From the human T2T-CHM13v2.0 reference genome, Homo sapiens, in NCBI RefSeq assembly GCF_009914755.1, contig NC_060929.1: a stretch of DNA of 64,000 bases; one strand, 5' to 3'. Shown here piece after piece: positions 30,457-45,741 of this stretch. The position numbers and the translations under genes were made by a program. The notes under the pieces are model-generated. The model made no database searches, had not been told where the DNA came from, and saw only the letters and a program-made list of their open reading frames with translations. Positions within the stretch are counted from its first letter, which is position 1. Each line of letters starts with the position of its first letter.

Positions 30457-31779
30457 GTGAGTCATTTGATTAAAAACAAAAAAACCTGTATCTTGTTTCT
30501 CTGGGGCATCTGGCTGCCCGGGGAATATTATCAGATGAACTAGTTGTAGGTATCAAAATGGTAGCCTAGGCTTTCCTCTGAACTTGATGATTTTTCTCCA
30601 TAAAAATGACTGTTTTGGCTTGTTTGGAGCAATATATAGTAAACACATCATTAGGCATCATTAGGCATTATGCAAATCAATTGTGTGAGGAAGAAAAATA
30701 AATAAAATATTTTCCCATTTCATGTAAGGATAAGGAAGTGATCATTTAATCATTAGGCATGACAAAGCAAGCATGCTAGATTTGGCCAAAATGTAATTAT
30801 ATACAATGTCAGTTGCACTTAAAACTAATTTATACAATTAGTACACCTAAAATGACATGTTGGTTCCAAATAGTAATTATATTCTAACTGGTGCTGACTT
30901 GAAGCTGAGTTTCAACGCTTAGGCACAGAGACCGAATATTTTATGTGTTTGCACTCTCTCACCCAGCAACTGGGAAAGGTAGATTGGGGAAAATGTTAAC
31001 ACAGATCTCTTTCATTCATTGCTTTGCAGAGCCTGCCATAACCAGCTATACCTTTTTTTGAATCATTTCCATCTCTTACTAATTTAGCAGGGTTGACAGC
31101 AATCTGTACTAATAAAATATTATTGTTTTGTTTTGTTTATTGATCTTAAAAGTTATAGTTTATTACTTATGGGTGGCATTGATCCTACTTTAAAATATAG
31201 CTGAAAAAACCTACTTATTTGGAATTTTTGACCAAACCAATACAGAAATCCTTAGATTGACAAACATATACGCCAATGCCAGGTTGTAAAAATATTCCAA
31301 CTTAACCTACCAATTTGCCACCAAAAAAGAGGCATTCAGTACCGTTTTAATCTCTACTTTGGAGTTTGCCAAGATTTCCATCAACTTTAAAGAGGTAATG
31401 ATTTAATAAAGATTAAGAAAATTCTGTAGTGTGTAAATATAACTTTTTTCAAGAAAATTGAATTCTTAAATTGTAGACAAATGAAGTATAGCAGGAGAGT
31501 TTGTCACAAGATTTTAGATACATCCCATTTTAACATCATTGTCTTCCATTAGTAATCACTGGTGATTAATGATGGTTCAATTAATTTAGAGATATTCAAA
31601 GAGAACATGTCCTAACTGACCCAGAGAAGTAATGGCTTTCCACAGTAGGTTTCCAGGCTTGAATATATTCCTGGGTGAAATATTTCAGTCCCACATCATT
31701 GTCCTGGAAGTCAATGCAAAATACAGTCTGCTTGCCTCATTTGTCACTCTGAATCAAAGTCATTGCCAAGCCAAGCAAT

Positions 31780-32045
31780 AGCTGCATAATAATAATTGCA
31801 AACATTTATATAGTACTATTCCAGCTACTCTGTAGGAGTTTTGTTTATATTAGCTCACTTAATCCTCAAACAAGCCTATGAAGCGAGTGAGAAGGTATGA
31901 TTACTATGATCTTCCTCATTTTGTAGATGAAACTGACTGTGGAGAGATCAAGCAATTTGCCCAAAGTGACAACACTAGTAAACTCTAGAGCTGGAAGTCA
32001 AATTCAGTCTAGCACCGGAGGCCATTCTCTTAACCACTCTATTCT
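31780..32045 (-). mobile_element. MIR
   Basis: CTCACTTAATCCTCAAACAAGCCTATGAAG...CATTTTGTAGATGAAACTGA...AGCAATTTGCCCAAAG. Confidence 0.75.
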
Positions 32046-32523
32046 TCCTCTGCTCTGCTGCTAGTTGACATCTTTTAAGAGATGCCAGGAAGAGAAATAC
32101 CCTCATGAGTTGATGAAGGCCAGTTAGCTAGCAGTGCATTCACACAGCATTGTCATTTAACTGCATGATTTACCCGGTTACCTCAAAAGAAAACTTACAG
32201 TTCTCCTATAGACCATTAAGCCACTTCCTTCTCATTCATTTAACACATACTCATTTATAATTCATGATCCTATACGTATAATAAATAGAGCTCAGTAATA
32301 CTGGAGTATATTTGAAAAAGATGGAGAAACACCATTCAAAATGGTGTTGTAAACACCGGAAGAGTGGAATTTCTAAGACAGAAATGTTTCCATTCAAGAA
32401 TACAGGAATGGAAATTCATAAAACTTGAACATGGAAGACAGATTGATGGAGAAGGAAGTTCCTAAGTCATTAGTACAAAGCAATAACATCTCTAATAAAA
32501 AGAAGATAATGCCAGGATTTAAA

Positions 32524-32595
32524 AGTCTGTTTTTCTCTAGGAGTTCTGGGATCATCCCTAGTCTATTTTTCTCTAGGAGTTCTGGGATCATTCCT
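32524..32595. repeat. 36-bp tandem duplication
   Basis: AGTCTGTTTTTCTCTAGGAGTTCTGGGATCATCCCT / AGTCTATTTTTCTCTAGGAGTTCTGGGATCATTCCT, 2 mismatches. Confidence 0.95.
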
Positions 32596-33890
32596 CACCC
32601 AGTGAGGGCTTTCCTAAGATTTGTGAGAATTGCAATAAGAGTTGGCTGAGCTAGGGTAGATAAGTTGGCCGGGTGCCCTCATGGTTGGCTTTACTAATGG
32701 AAACTGAGGAGGCAGAAGCAGCAAGAAGAAGGCACTAACAAAGAAACACATAAAAAGAGCTCATTGACAGTCAAAGAGACCACTGAGTCTACATCAAAGA
32801 CTTGGAATAGCAAATAGACAACTTAGGAGCAAACAGATTTAGGAGAGAAGGAAGAACCCTTCAGTTATCTGTTAGTGTGTCTTCCATCAAGAACCCAGTG
32901 AATATAAAGGCTCTATTTAGCTTGTCACTGGGTTCCATGTCTACCAGTCCTAAGAGATAGGAAAAGAATGTGTCTGTACACCAACTCTTAATTTATTTGC
33001 TGTAGCATAAGAAAAAACAAGAAAGATGCTAGCAAGGAAGAAGGAGATAATTATTTTCCCCCAAGATGAGAGATGAGAAGAGCTATAGTTATTACCTAGT
33101 TTTCAAATTCCTAGGTTTTTATTGCTTTTAGTAAAAAAAAAAAAAAAAAATCACTGGGAAAACCTATGTACTGGGTTGAATCTTTTGTTTAGACTGTTTT
33201 TTTTTTTTTGCCTTTTTGAAATAAAATGTATATGATTTAATGTGTAGAAGTGGAAACTAGAAAAATATTATGATAAAGACATGTGAATCCATATATTCAA
33301 AATAAAGCAGAAAATTATAAATATTTTGATATAAATTCATCTACAAGCATAAGCATAGAACCATTTGTACAATTTTATGTCATTTCTACTGTCATTTCTA
33401 AGCAATGTCAAAGTCTGAATGTGCCATGCCATGACAAAAGCTCATGTAACAAGAGCGGTTAGCAATCCGAGAGAACACAGTGCCAAGCTCCACATCCCTT
33501 AGAGGGCCCGTCATGAAAGCATTAGATAATGGTCTGCCAGGGCTGTTGTGGACATCCGTCTGACAAAAACCACACTGGGAAGAGTGGTTATTGTCTTTCT
33601 TCCTCCAGAAAGAAATTTCTCCCTTTGGACTGTGGTAAGTTGTGTTAGAGTGACCTCAGACATCTAGCTGAAAGAAAGGAAAAGTCCTTTGTCATGTTCA
33701 AGTCACAGAACACTGACTCTTTCCATGGCTAGGGAATGAATTGCACAATAAAAATGAAATCTCAGGCCAAACAATATAAAGAAATGGGTCATAAGATCAG
33801 CTGCAAGGTTGGGGGATATGTATAAATAGGAATGCATAGAATTGAGTGGTAGTTTTACCTGAAGGCATTCACAAACACAGTAAACTAGCA

Positions 33891-34091
33891 GCTTTCTCTG
33901 ATGTTGGTCTTGGCGCACGCGCACACACACACACACGCACACACACACACACAGAGTTTGCATTTGAGTTCTCCTTTTTCTGATGGTCTCCTTGCACAGT
34001 TCACATTTGAGTTCTCCTTTCTCTGATATTGATCTCTCACACACACACACATACACACACACTCACAGAGTTTACATTTGAGTTCTCCTTT
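33891..34091. repeat. Compound minisatellite with embedded (CA)n tracts
   Basis: CATTTGAGTTCTCCTTT occurs three times; two of the units carry CA expansions. Confidence 0.9.
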
Positions 34092-34198
34092 ATATGGATT
34101 TGAAAGAAATCGGTGAATCATCCTGGCTAAATTTTTATAAAGCATTTCCCTCTGTTCTCTAATACTCTGGCAATGAATTTAAATTGCACTAAAATTCA

Positions 34199-34488
<290 letters not shown>

Positions 34489-37400
34489 CTAACACTCACA
34501 ATGTATGGAAAGCACTATTGTGTTTAAGTGTATTAACTTTATTTAATTCTCACAACAACCCAGAGAGGGAGGTAATTTTATTACTCTCATTGTACAGATG
34601 AAAAAACTGAAGCCCAAATCCTTACCACACAGCTGATGAATACTGAGTGGGATTCAAATCCACCATTCCGGCTCCAGGTGCTCATTCACCACACTGTTCT
34701 GGGTGCTATAACACCCATTCTGGCTTTACTCCAGCAATTTGCTGAGGGTCTGCCTGAGGTAGCAACGGAAGAGATGGAAAAGAGAGGTCGAACTGAAAGC
34801 CCGCTGGTGAGACTTGGCAATTGATTCAATGAGAGAAGGTGGACTGCAGACCAATGGCCCGCTTTCTGGTTTAGGTGGCAGAGTGGCTGATGATGCCACA
34901 TTTGAAGGTAGGATACAGGAGAAAGACTGGGGCCTTGGGGGTGCACGAGGATAAGTTCAGTTTGGACCTGTTGAGTTTGTAGGGCGGGATGCCACCGAGG
35001 TGCATATACAATGGAAGAAGCTTGCTGCAAATCAAGATTTAGAAGGTATTCCTACAACCTCCAAACTGAACGAAGACAGTTCTGTCTTTGGATTTCAAGT
35101 GAATAAGGATCAGTGAATCGGGCTATCCTACTGCATAAATGAGTCTACTCTGTAAGTGAGTCTATTCTCAGAACAGTTTCCGTAACTCTAGGGCCCTCTC
35201 CTTCATGCTTAAAAGCACTAATCTTTCAGAAATGCTGTAGTGGTGTTCTGTGCCTGGACGTAACTGACCAAGCCAGTTAGGTCAGCCAAGCAGGTTAATC
35301 AATGTGGTTTGCTATCAGCTGCTGGACTGAACTGACCTGGTCGTGGGACCACAATAGCCAACTGCTTGAGTTCGTGGAGCAGGCACAGTCGGGCGCCCAC
35401 ACCTCTCAACTTCCTGAACCCCTGATAGCGGGGCATTTTCACACTGATTGAACAACAGCAATCCAAACAACGATGGACAGATAACTGGGTTCAGACTTAC
35501 GGTTTCTTCAACACTTCTTGGAAATGAGCAGGGAGAGAGGAGCTTCAAGAAGCTGGGGGTAGGGGGATCCTGAGTCCCCTGGTGTTACCAGAGCTCAGCT
35601 GTGCTTTCACTCAGCAGAGGCTGGGAGAGGAGGAGGAGGAAGCTATGGATTTGCAGAGTTTTTCTCTGGAGAAGCCACACTGGGTTAGGTTATAAGAACT
35701 AGGGTCTGATTTCTCTGTGCTTTATCTTCTCCCCTGGGGGAAAAAAAATACAGAAAAATTGTCAGGGCTAGTGATAACACATGTACCCACAGCACACATG
35801 CCTCCCAGCCCTCTCCCACCTTCTCCAAAAGCACTCCAGGCGCTGCCTCCTACTGTGACGGTGTAGCCCAGTAAGGTATAGTGGAGATCAGAGCTATGTG
35901 CTCTGGAGTCAGACAGCCTAGGTTTATGTCCAGTTCTGGAACTGAGCCTCTGTTTCTTCATGTATAAAACAGAATAATTATAAAAACTGTCTGCCAAGAT
36001 TTATATCCCAGTTCTGCTATGCACAAGCCATATCACCTTAAATGATTTCCCTAAGTGCTTGCCAGGTAAAGTGTCCATAGACATTGTAAACCCCACATCT
36101 TTTATTTACATCTCTGATATGGCTTCAAGCTGTCATATGCACTGATTTGATGATGCTGATCTTCCAGAGAGCTATAAGACCCTGGCATTTGGGGAGGCTG
36201 GGGGGCAGAAGATACTCACCTGGTTTTGGTTTAGAAGTGGCTTCTATTTCCTTAGCTAGAGAAGAGAGCCAAGAGAGTTGTAGGAAGAGCCTTAATAGTT
36301 GTAACGGGCTTTTAGATGCAGAAATGAAAGCCTCAGAGTAAGTGATACCATCATTATCTGTCCCTTACCGATCTGGCCTCCTGAGCAGAACCAGAAAGTA
36401 ATCCCCAGGCAGCCGTTATCACAGCAGACTACTTAGTGGAGGGGGCGCCTGACAGTAGACGCCTCTCTCAGGAAAACAGGGAGGTGCTAAGAAATGTTTT
36501 AGTAAGTGTTGTAATACACTCAATAGTGAATTTTTTGTTCATACCTCTCAGGGCCAATCTGAGTGTTCACCACCTCCCTGGTTTCTTCTTTCCTCCAGCC
36601 CTTTGGTGCCTACTGCCCATTAACTGCCACTCTGGTCAGAGTGGGGGCTGGCTGGAACCCTGAGAGAAATGTGGCTGGTTTCCAAGAGAGTTGGGAAAGG
36701 TTGTTTTGAAGCAGTGGGTAGAAGTCTTAATGTTGTTCTAAGTGTATCTCTGGATTCTATTTTGCTCTTTTTCTTCTTGTCATTTCAGATATTGAGGAAA
36801 CAGAGCAGGCAATTTCAAATTTCTCTTTCAAGTAGGTAATCAAATAAGCAAGTGTGTTCAGAACAATTAACCTTCAGTAATAATACCTTTCATTTTTGTG
36901 GTGGTACAGTTTACAAAGCACTTTCTGTTGCACTCTCTGTAGCACGTAAGCTATGACCAGGCCACCCTCCTTCTGATTTGTATCTGCAAATGTCTGGGAC
37001 GCAGCTAAGAAAGCATTGAGAGTCTAAAGATCCTGGGTACAGGCCCGGCTCCATCAACTAACTCGATTTTTATGGTGTAAGACAAATCTCTGGGTCTCAT
37101 TTTCTCATCAGCAAAGTAAGTTTGGACTAATGTCTGCTTCCAACTCCAAAATTCTATCATTTTAAGTCTAGTTTATCTTCCTCTAAAATATCTGAATATA
37201 TAGAATAATAAACAGAGGTGTTTTGCTTTGTTTTATTTTGTTTTGCTTTGTTTTGTTTCCAGGGCATGACACTGTACCATTGCTAGAATCTTTTTCCTAG
37301 ATAACCCATTCTGGCTGGTCTCTCCAGTCTAACAAATAGCCCCCTTCTCTCCCTTTGACCTCTTGAGGGCCCCTGGCTCTGGGTCTGATAATCAGTGTTT

Positions 37401-37766
37401 CCTAGCCAGTGTTTGAGAACACAGTGAGGACACACTTTGCAGAAGCCCCTTCTGCCCTTCAGTCTCTGCCCATCTCTCATAAATTAGGGGAAGAAAACCA
37501 CAGGCTTTTGTTTTTGCTATGGAATAAATAAGATTGTGAAGAGCCTAACCTGTTTAGAGGAGGCAACCAGAGTTTGAGCACTGTCTTTTCCAAGCTGTAC
37601 ATTCCAGGTACTTGATATTTATGGAACACTAGGATACTATCATTCATCAAGTATTTGCTGGCAGCTAGGTGAGCTGCATCATTGCTGGGAGCTGAGAAAA
37701 CACACAGAGCACTTCAGTGCACAGAGTTTAGCGACTATACTCACTGAGTATAAAAATGATGAATTT

Positions 37767-38055
37767 TGTCTGCGTGCAGTGGCTCACGCCTGTAATCCCA
37801 GCACTTTGGGAGGCCGAGGCGGGTGGATTACTACGTCAGGAGTTCAAGACCAGCCTGGCCAAGATGGTGAAACCCGGTCTCTACTAAAAATACAAAAATT
37901 AGCCAGGCGCGGTGGCGGCTGCCTGTAATCCCAGCTACTCGGGAGGCTGAGGCAGAGAATTGCTTGAACCGGGAAGGAGGAGGTTGCAGTGAACTGAGAT
38001 CGTGCCACTGCACTCCAGCCTAGGTGACAGATAGAGACTCCATCTAAAAAAAAAA
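37767..38055 (+). mobile_element. AluS
   Basis: Full dimer with A tail; TSD-like GATGAATTTT / GATGAGTTTT. Confidence 0.93.
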
Positions 38056-39299
38056 GATGAGTTTTATGTCAAGCTTCAGTGCTATCAAGATTGCCTAGAG
38101 CTTATTCCCTAGGCCAAGAATATTCACATCACTATGCCCTATCAAGAGATATGCTCAAGAGAGTTTGAAACCAAAAAGAGAAAGATAAAAGGCCCAAAAA
38201 GGTTTAGATAAAGGAAGATATACCCTGGATAAGTTAAGGGAGGGCGCTCCCTTTTTCCCTTTGTATAACTTATCAAAGATTGGCGGGTAAATTTAGGCGC
38301 AGCAAATTGAAAGGCACAACCAAGGTTTGAATTTCAAGACGGGGTTTCTGTCTCCAGAGAGGGCAACTCCATTCTTCTTGTCCTCAGACTTCTCCAGTTC
38401 TCCAACAATGTTTCCAGGCTACAAACTGCTGCTGCTTCACACAGAGAAGACAGCCGGCTGTTAGCGAGAGACTTCTTATTCAGAACCTTGTATGATGAGG
38501 CTCGTTTATCCCTAATGAGAGTAGGGAGAAAAATATACCCTGCAAAGATGGTCCCTTCTTTTATACACATCGCATTACTTGAAATATCATCTTTCAAGCA
38601 AATAAAACAAAAGCCCGGGTTTCTTGTGCTTGTCTAGAAGCTTGCTGGTATCTTCAGCTACTTGATGAATGTGAAGAGAAACATCAAGAAGGAAATTATG
38701 AGTCTATGGAGAAACTCCCTGTGAAAAAAGTAGTCATGCTTTTATTTAGTTATTTATTTATTTTTGTTTTCTTAGATTTGCCCTTTTAGGGCAAATGAAG
38801 TAGTTTGTAAGCAAACCTGAGATTCAACAAACTTTTCAGGGCCTTGTAAGTTCTGACTTTGCAGTGCTTTCCACGAGACGATGGGTGACGAGGAGCTTGT
38901 CATCTTTGCAGAGCGGTTTCAGTTTTCTCATACTTGTAACTCCAAGGGCTAATTGATTGAAGTTGCACATGAGCCTATAATGATTGAGTTCAAAGTTTTT
39001 TCAGATTCGCTTCCTTGTCTCCAAAAAAAAAGAAAGCGGTTTGGTCAGAAAGTGATCTACTCACTATAAATCTGAACACAATTAGTGACTTTCCTCTCCA
39101 TGGCCTAAACTAAGTAAACTCCTCGTTAAAGCAAATTAAAGCAGGATTGAGGAGAAATCAACCCAGACTCAAAGCGACATTTTAGAAAGATGCAGGCATC
39201 CAGCAAAAATATTGCAGAAAAGAATCCAATAAGATTAAAAAAGAAAGAGGGAGAAAAGGTTGCGGGCTTTTTTTTTTTTTTTTTTTTTGGCCTATTTTA

Positions 39300-39830
39300 T
39301 TTTACTTATGTAGTAAATAAATTAACATAGTCCAAAATAAAAAAATAGAAAAGCTTATAAAAAGAAAGTATCTCATTGACCCCTGTCCCCCAAGGTTCCC
39401 GTTTATCTTGTTATTCATTTCTCGTATGCCTTTGGAGAAATGTTATGACTATAAAAATAAATATGTATTTATTCCTTTTTTGACTCTTTGTATACAAATA
39501 ATAGCATAGTATACATAGCCCACTTTTCACCTTGCTTTTTTCACTTTACAATATACCTGGGATATTATTCCTTAGCACGTAGAAAGGCCCCTCATTCTTA
39601 GGGCTACATTGTATGGGCATAATATAACTTATTTAAGCAATTACCAATTGATGGACACTTCGGTTGTTTCCAGTCTTTAGACATTTTTATTTAAAAACGT
39701 TGTAATGAATGATCTTTCACCCATGTATCTGGATATACCTAGAAGTGAAATTGCTGGGTCTAAAGGTATACTCATTCATAATGTTGATAAGTATTGCTAA
39801 TTTGTACCCCATAGAATTTGTAGTCATTTG
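39300..39830 (-). mobile_element. Old L1M(E)-like 3' fragment
   Basis: ATTGATGGACACTTCGGTTGTTTCCAGTCTTT...GGATATACCTAGAAGTGAAATTGCTGGGTC is typical of antisense L1. Confidence 0.7.
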
Positions 39831-41208
39831 CTACAAATGTGGGATTTAAAAAAGAGTTAGCCTCGGTACTGTACTGCCTCTGCCAAAGGTAAGCATGAGT
39901 GGACTTTGCAGTTTGTGCGGGTTCCGCAGACAGACTGAGGAAACTAAGGAAATCAGTGCATTGGAAAACTGCAATTTCAGGATAGAATCAGGTAGATGCA
40001 GGTATCTCCCTGCTTCTAAAGCCCAAATTTAATCCATATACAACACCCAAAGCTTTAATTTGTATGTTACATTCAACTTTTGAAGCCCTTTCACATCTCT
40101 TACCATCTATCATCTTCACAATAAACTGTGAAAGAGATGAACCAGGGTTTCAGTTTTTATCCCTCCCTCTAAGCCTTCACCCCCTACCACCAATTTAGCA
40201 GAAGTTTAGAAAGTGAAACATTGAGTGATGTGTCAAAGGCGCTTAGAAATAAGAGACTGCCAGAAATAAGTCTATAGAAGCTAGGATCACCCCGCTCCCA
40301 GGCCAGCCCTGGCTGCTTTAGTTACAGTCTTAGGGGATGCAACCTGTCCACAAATAATTCCCCAGAATACTGGTGCTAACAGTCTGAGCACAGATGGGTC
40401 TCGGCTGGGCTCTAGAGCAGAACATAAAATCAGGAAACTAGAGCAAACTTTACTCTTCATACTGCACAGAGACATATCAGTTAGTAGAACAGAGGCTCTG
40501 AAAGAACAGAAAAGGGAATAGATGGAAATGGGAACACCTTTGCTGTGCACCAGCATATAACACACAAAAGGCACCAGGGGAACTTGGGAAATTTTAAACA
40601 TATTTCATTCCCAGTTTCTACTTGTTCATAATAATTTCCTTTTTCCAGAAAGGAAGGCAACAAGTCCTGCTTTTAATTGCTATTTCTGGAATAGAAGATT
40701 TTTAAAAATAACAATGGATTGGACATTTAGAATACCTGTAGGATTATTTGTAAATTAAATTACCACTTCACATAGCCTTTTTTGGTGCAGTTTTTGGAAG
40801 AAAGCACCAGGCCTTTCTTAAAACTCCAAGGTTCTTCTGATGCAGTTGTCTCTAAGAGTCACACACCGTGTGCACATAAGTCCGTGTCTCCACTCTACTT
40901 GGTCATCAGTCACCCAGGGCTCTCTCATTTGGGCACCCCTGGTGGAACAAGGCTGGGGCAGGTATTTCCCACCTTCAACAGGAAATACCAAAGGACAAAA
41001 GAATGAGCCAGGCCAAGGCCCAAATCTCCCAAGGATGTGGAAACAGAGGAGTGGGGGAGGGTTAAGAGGTTGCCTCCAACACTGAGTAGCTTCTCACCAG
41101 GAAACGCCTGAAAGTTTGACAGAAACAAAAGACCAGGGACCAGCAGAACTCTTACCCAGGTAGATTCACCATTATGGCTTTGCTTTCTTTGTAAAAATAA
41201 GCCAATAC

Positions 41209-41470
41209 AGCCTGGCACAGTGACTCACTGCTGTAATACCAGCAACTCAGGGGGTTAAGGCAGGAGGATCCCTTGAGACCAGGAGTTTGAGACCAGCCTG
41301 GGCAACATAGTGAGACCCTGTCTCTAAAAAAATTTCTAAAATTAGCCAGGCGTTGTGGTGCGCACCTGTAGTCCTTGCTACTCAGAAGGCTGAGGCGGGA
41401 GGATCACTTGAGGCCAGAAGTTCGAGACCAGCCTGGGCAACAGAGTAAGACCCTAGCTCTAAAAATAATG
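41209..41470 (+). mobile_element. AluJ-like dimer whose right arm lacks the ~31-nt right-arm insert
   Basis: Both arms end GAGACCAGCCTGGGCAACA.AG..AGACCC; TSD-like AAAATAAGC on both sides. Confidence 0.85.
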
Positions 41471-42469
41471 AAAATAAGCAAATGGAAATTTATGTCCAAC
41501 AGCTTCATCAAACTGTAGTTTGTAAGCAAACATAAAAATCATAAGTGTGAGACAGGCTTATGATTTCTCCAAATTGGGCCAATTCCTGAAATAGAAATTT
41601 TTATTTGATTTCTCATATAATTATTGCATGCCTGCCATAATAATTGTAATGGCTAAATTGCTAAAATATTTTTTGACTCATTAAATGCTCTCATATGCAT
41701 TATCAAGGAGTTTAGAATTCATTAACAGAAACAAGATGAATTAGTATAAAGCAGCTAAGATTTATAATGCTTTTGATGAACATGGTTCTTTTAAACTCAG
41801 AACTTAAAGTTCAGGAGGATCTTAGACACCACCCATTCCAATTGATCTCTCTCATTTTGCAGATTTTTTTAAAAAAGAAAAAAGAGGCCTGAAGAGATTG
41901 TGTGATTTGAAGATATGGAAACAGGCAGACCTAAGTTTGCCATCCCATCCTCTCATATCACTTACCGCAATGTGCCTTGGGCAAGTGGCTTATTCTTTCT
42001 AGGCCTCAATCTTTTCATTAATGAGATACTGATATTAAACGCTACAGGTTTGATGTGAAAATTAAATCATTTAGATAAAGCATCGCCTACCCTAAGTTAC
42101 TGACAGGATCAGGCCCAGAACTGTCTTTCTACAACATCACACTTGCTCTCCCTTCTACTCAAAAAAACCTACCTTAGGAGCAAATTCGGGATCCATAGCT
42201 GTCATTCCTCATTTGTGAATTTAGAAAGCTAAGCCTATGAGAAATCATAATTCAGTCAAGATCCAGTCCCACAGACCATGAGAGCAAAATCACATGGTTT
42301 TGTACAGAGGGGACATTCCTTAGGGTAGGCTACTATGTTCAGGGATTGCAGTAGGGAATCAGATTTACTGGGGAGCACAGAACAGAGAGATTCCTGCATT
42401 CAGAAAGTGTGCTCAGCACCAGCTGGGGCCCAGGCACTGTTGGATCCTGCTCATCTGAAAGAAAATAAG

Positions 42470-43450
<981 letters not shown>

Positions 43451-44580
43451 TTTAATCTTGGAGCCTTCTTCATTTACAAATTAGAAAAAAAATTTGAAGC
43501 ATAGAAGGCAATAGAGTTATCCAGGATCACACGGGGAGTTAAGGGCTAGGACTAGAATCTCGACATCATTAATTCCTTAAACATTTGTAGAGCATCTTCT
43601 CTATGAAGATAGAAGCAGCCTGGTAAGGAGGCCCAGAGACCTCTGCATGTTAGATTGACCTCTAACTGCCGTGTATAGCTCAATTGTCAAGTGTGGGTGG
43701 GACTTGTGACTTCTAACCAACAGAATATGGCAGAGGTGATGGGATGACACTCCTGTGATTATATTACAATTATACGGCAAATTCTTGTAACCTTGAGACA
43801 AATTAGTGCTAGTTTGGTTTTGGTTTTGCTACCTAAATGGAAATATCCTAACTGTGAAATGGCAGCATTTGTGTCACGTAAAACCAGTGAGTGGTGTGCT
43901 ATCAACACTGTGATTTTCCTTGAGCCACGAAAATGGACATCCTGGTCCCCTTTCTGGCTAGATATGCAGGCTGAGGTTTTTCTGGGCAATGGGTATGAAT
44001 GCCTCCTGGCATTCCTGTAGCACTAATGCTCAAACAGCTGGCTGGCTCATCTTGGTCAGGCACTTAGTTTTCTCGTGGTTGGCCTCAGAATGCGAGGTCT
44101 TTCTGTCAAGATCATTGTCTCTATTGCTTTGAGATTTCCTTTTGACATCTGAGCTCCTTTGGGGCACTACCTCGTTTTCTGGAAGATTTGGCGTAGTAAT
44201 AACTCTTAGAAGACTTTGGTCTGCCAAATTGTTCATGACAAAGTTCGCAGATAGAGGAGGTACTTTAGTAAAATTTTACTATTTCAAACTCCAACATTTA
44301 CCAAAAGTTAAGTAGTATGATTTGGTCTGAAGTTTACTTCAAATCATGCCTCATTCTTTTACTCTTAAATATTTTCTGGCATCTTAATATTTTCAATAGT
44401 TTTATCATATTAAATGTGGACCAAATTCTTAAAGTTGGTCTTTAGCTTGTAACTTATTGTGTGTGTTTGGCCTTAAAGAGTAAACCTATGATATCTTCTT
44501 TCTGAGGCTCCAGTGTGCACGTTGTGTCTTAGTTTAGAAAATGAGACGATATTTAATTTTCCAAAGAAGTATTTGTTGTT

Positions 44581-44989
<409 letters not shown>

Positions 44990-45425
44990 TTATAGCATTC
45001 ATCCAGCACAGTTATTTTGATCACTTTAAACATTCTAGTCAATATATTTTCTAGATTCTAGAAATCTTGTTAAAATACTAACACTGGAGTAAAACAGAAA
45101 TCTTAACTAATATTGATAACCAAGGGTGCATGATCTGAATATTGCTCATGACATCCATATATTGTATAACATCACCTAGATGCAAACTTTGCAAAATTTG
45201 TTTCAGCTCTAACAAATTCTGCTAGGAAGTTATTTTGATTTTCATTGCTATTTTTGCAGAGTAATCTATAATAAAGGATTCGTTCTTTTGCACTGAGGAT
45301 CTGGTGGCCATAAAGCTTTTTGTCAGCTTTGGGACTATCAATCAATGTGTTTCAAATAAGTGACCACTAATGAAGCTCAGTTTTGCAAAGGGTGAGCTGC
45401 TTTACCACAGAGAAAGACTGGTTGT

Positions 45426-45741
45426 GGCCGGGAGAGGTGGTTCATGCCTGTAATCCCAAAACTTTGGGAGGCTGAGGTGGGTGGATCACGAGGTCAGAAG
45501 ATTGAGACTACCGTGACCAACAATGTGAAATACCGTCTCTACTAAAAATACAAAAAAAAAAAAAAATTAGCCATGCATGGTGGCGCATGCCTGTAATCCC
45601 AGCTACTTGTGAGGCTGAGGCAGGAGAATCGCTTGAACCCAGAGGCAGAGGTTGCAGTGAGCCGAGATTGCGCCACTGCACTCCAGCCTGGGCGACAGAG
45701 CAAGACACCGTCTCAAAAAAAAAAAAAAAAGAAAAGAAAAA
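45426..45741 (+). mobile_element. AluS (Sc-like)
   Basis: Full dimer; TSD AAAGACTGGT. Confidence 0.93.

Noticed and set aside
30289-30543. 84-aa ORF in an alternative frame over exon 2
   Set aside because: Its ATG is downstream of the main start codon and it only reaches this length by running into the intron; there is no independent support.
33891-34091. Repeat-spacer-like pattern that might suggest a CRISPR array
   Set aside because: Mammalian intron, only three units, spacers are CA microsatellite, and there are no cas genes.
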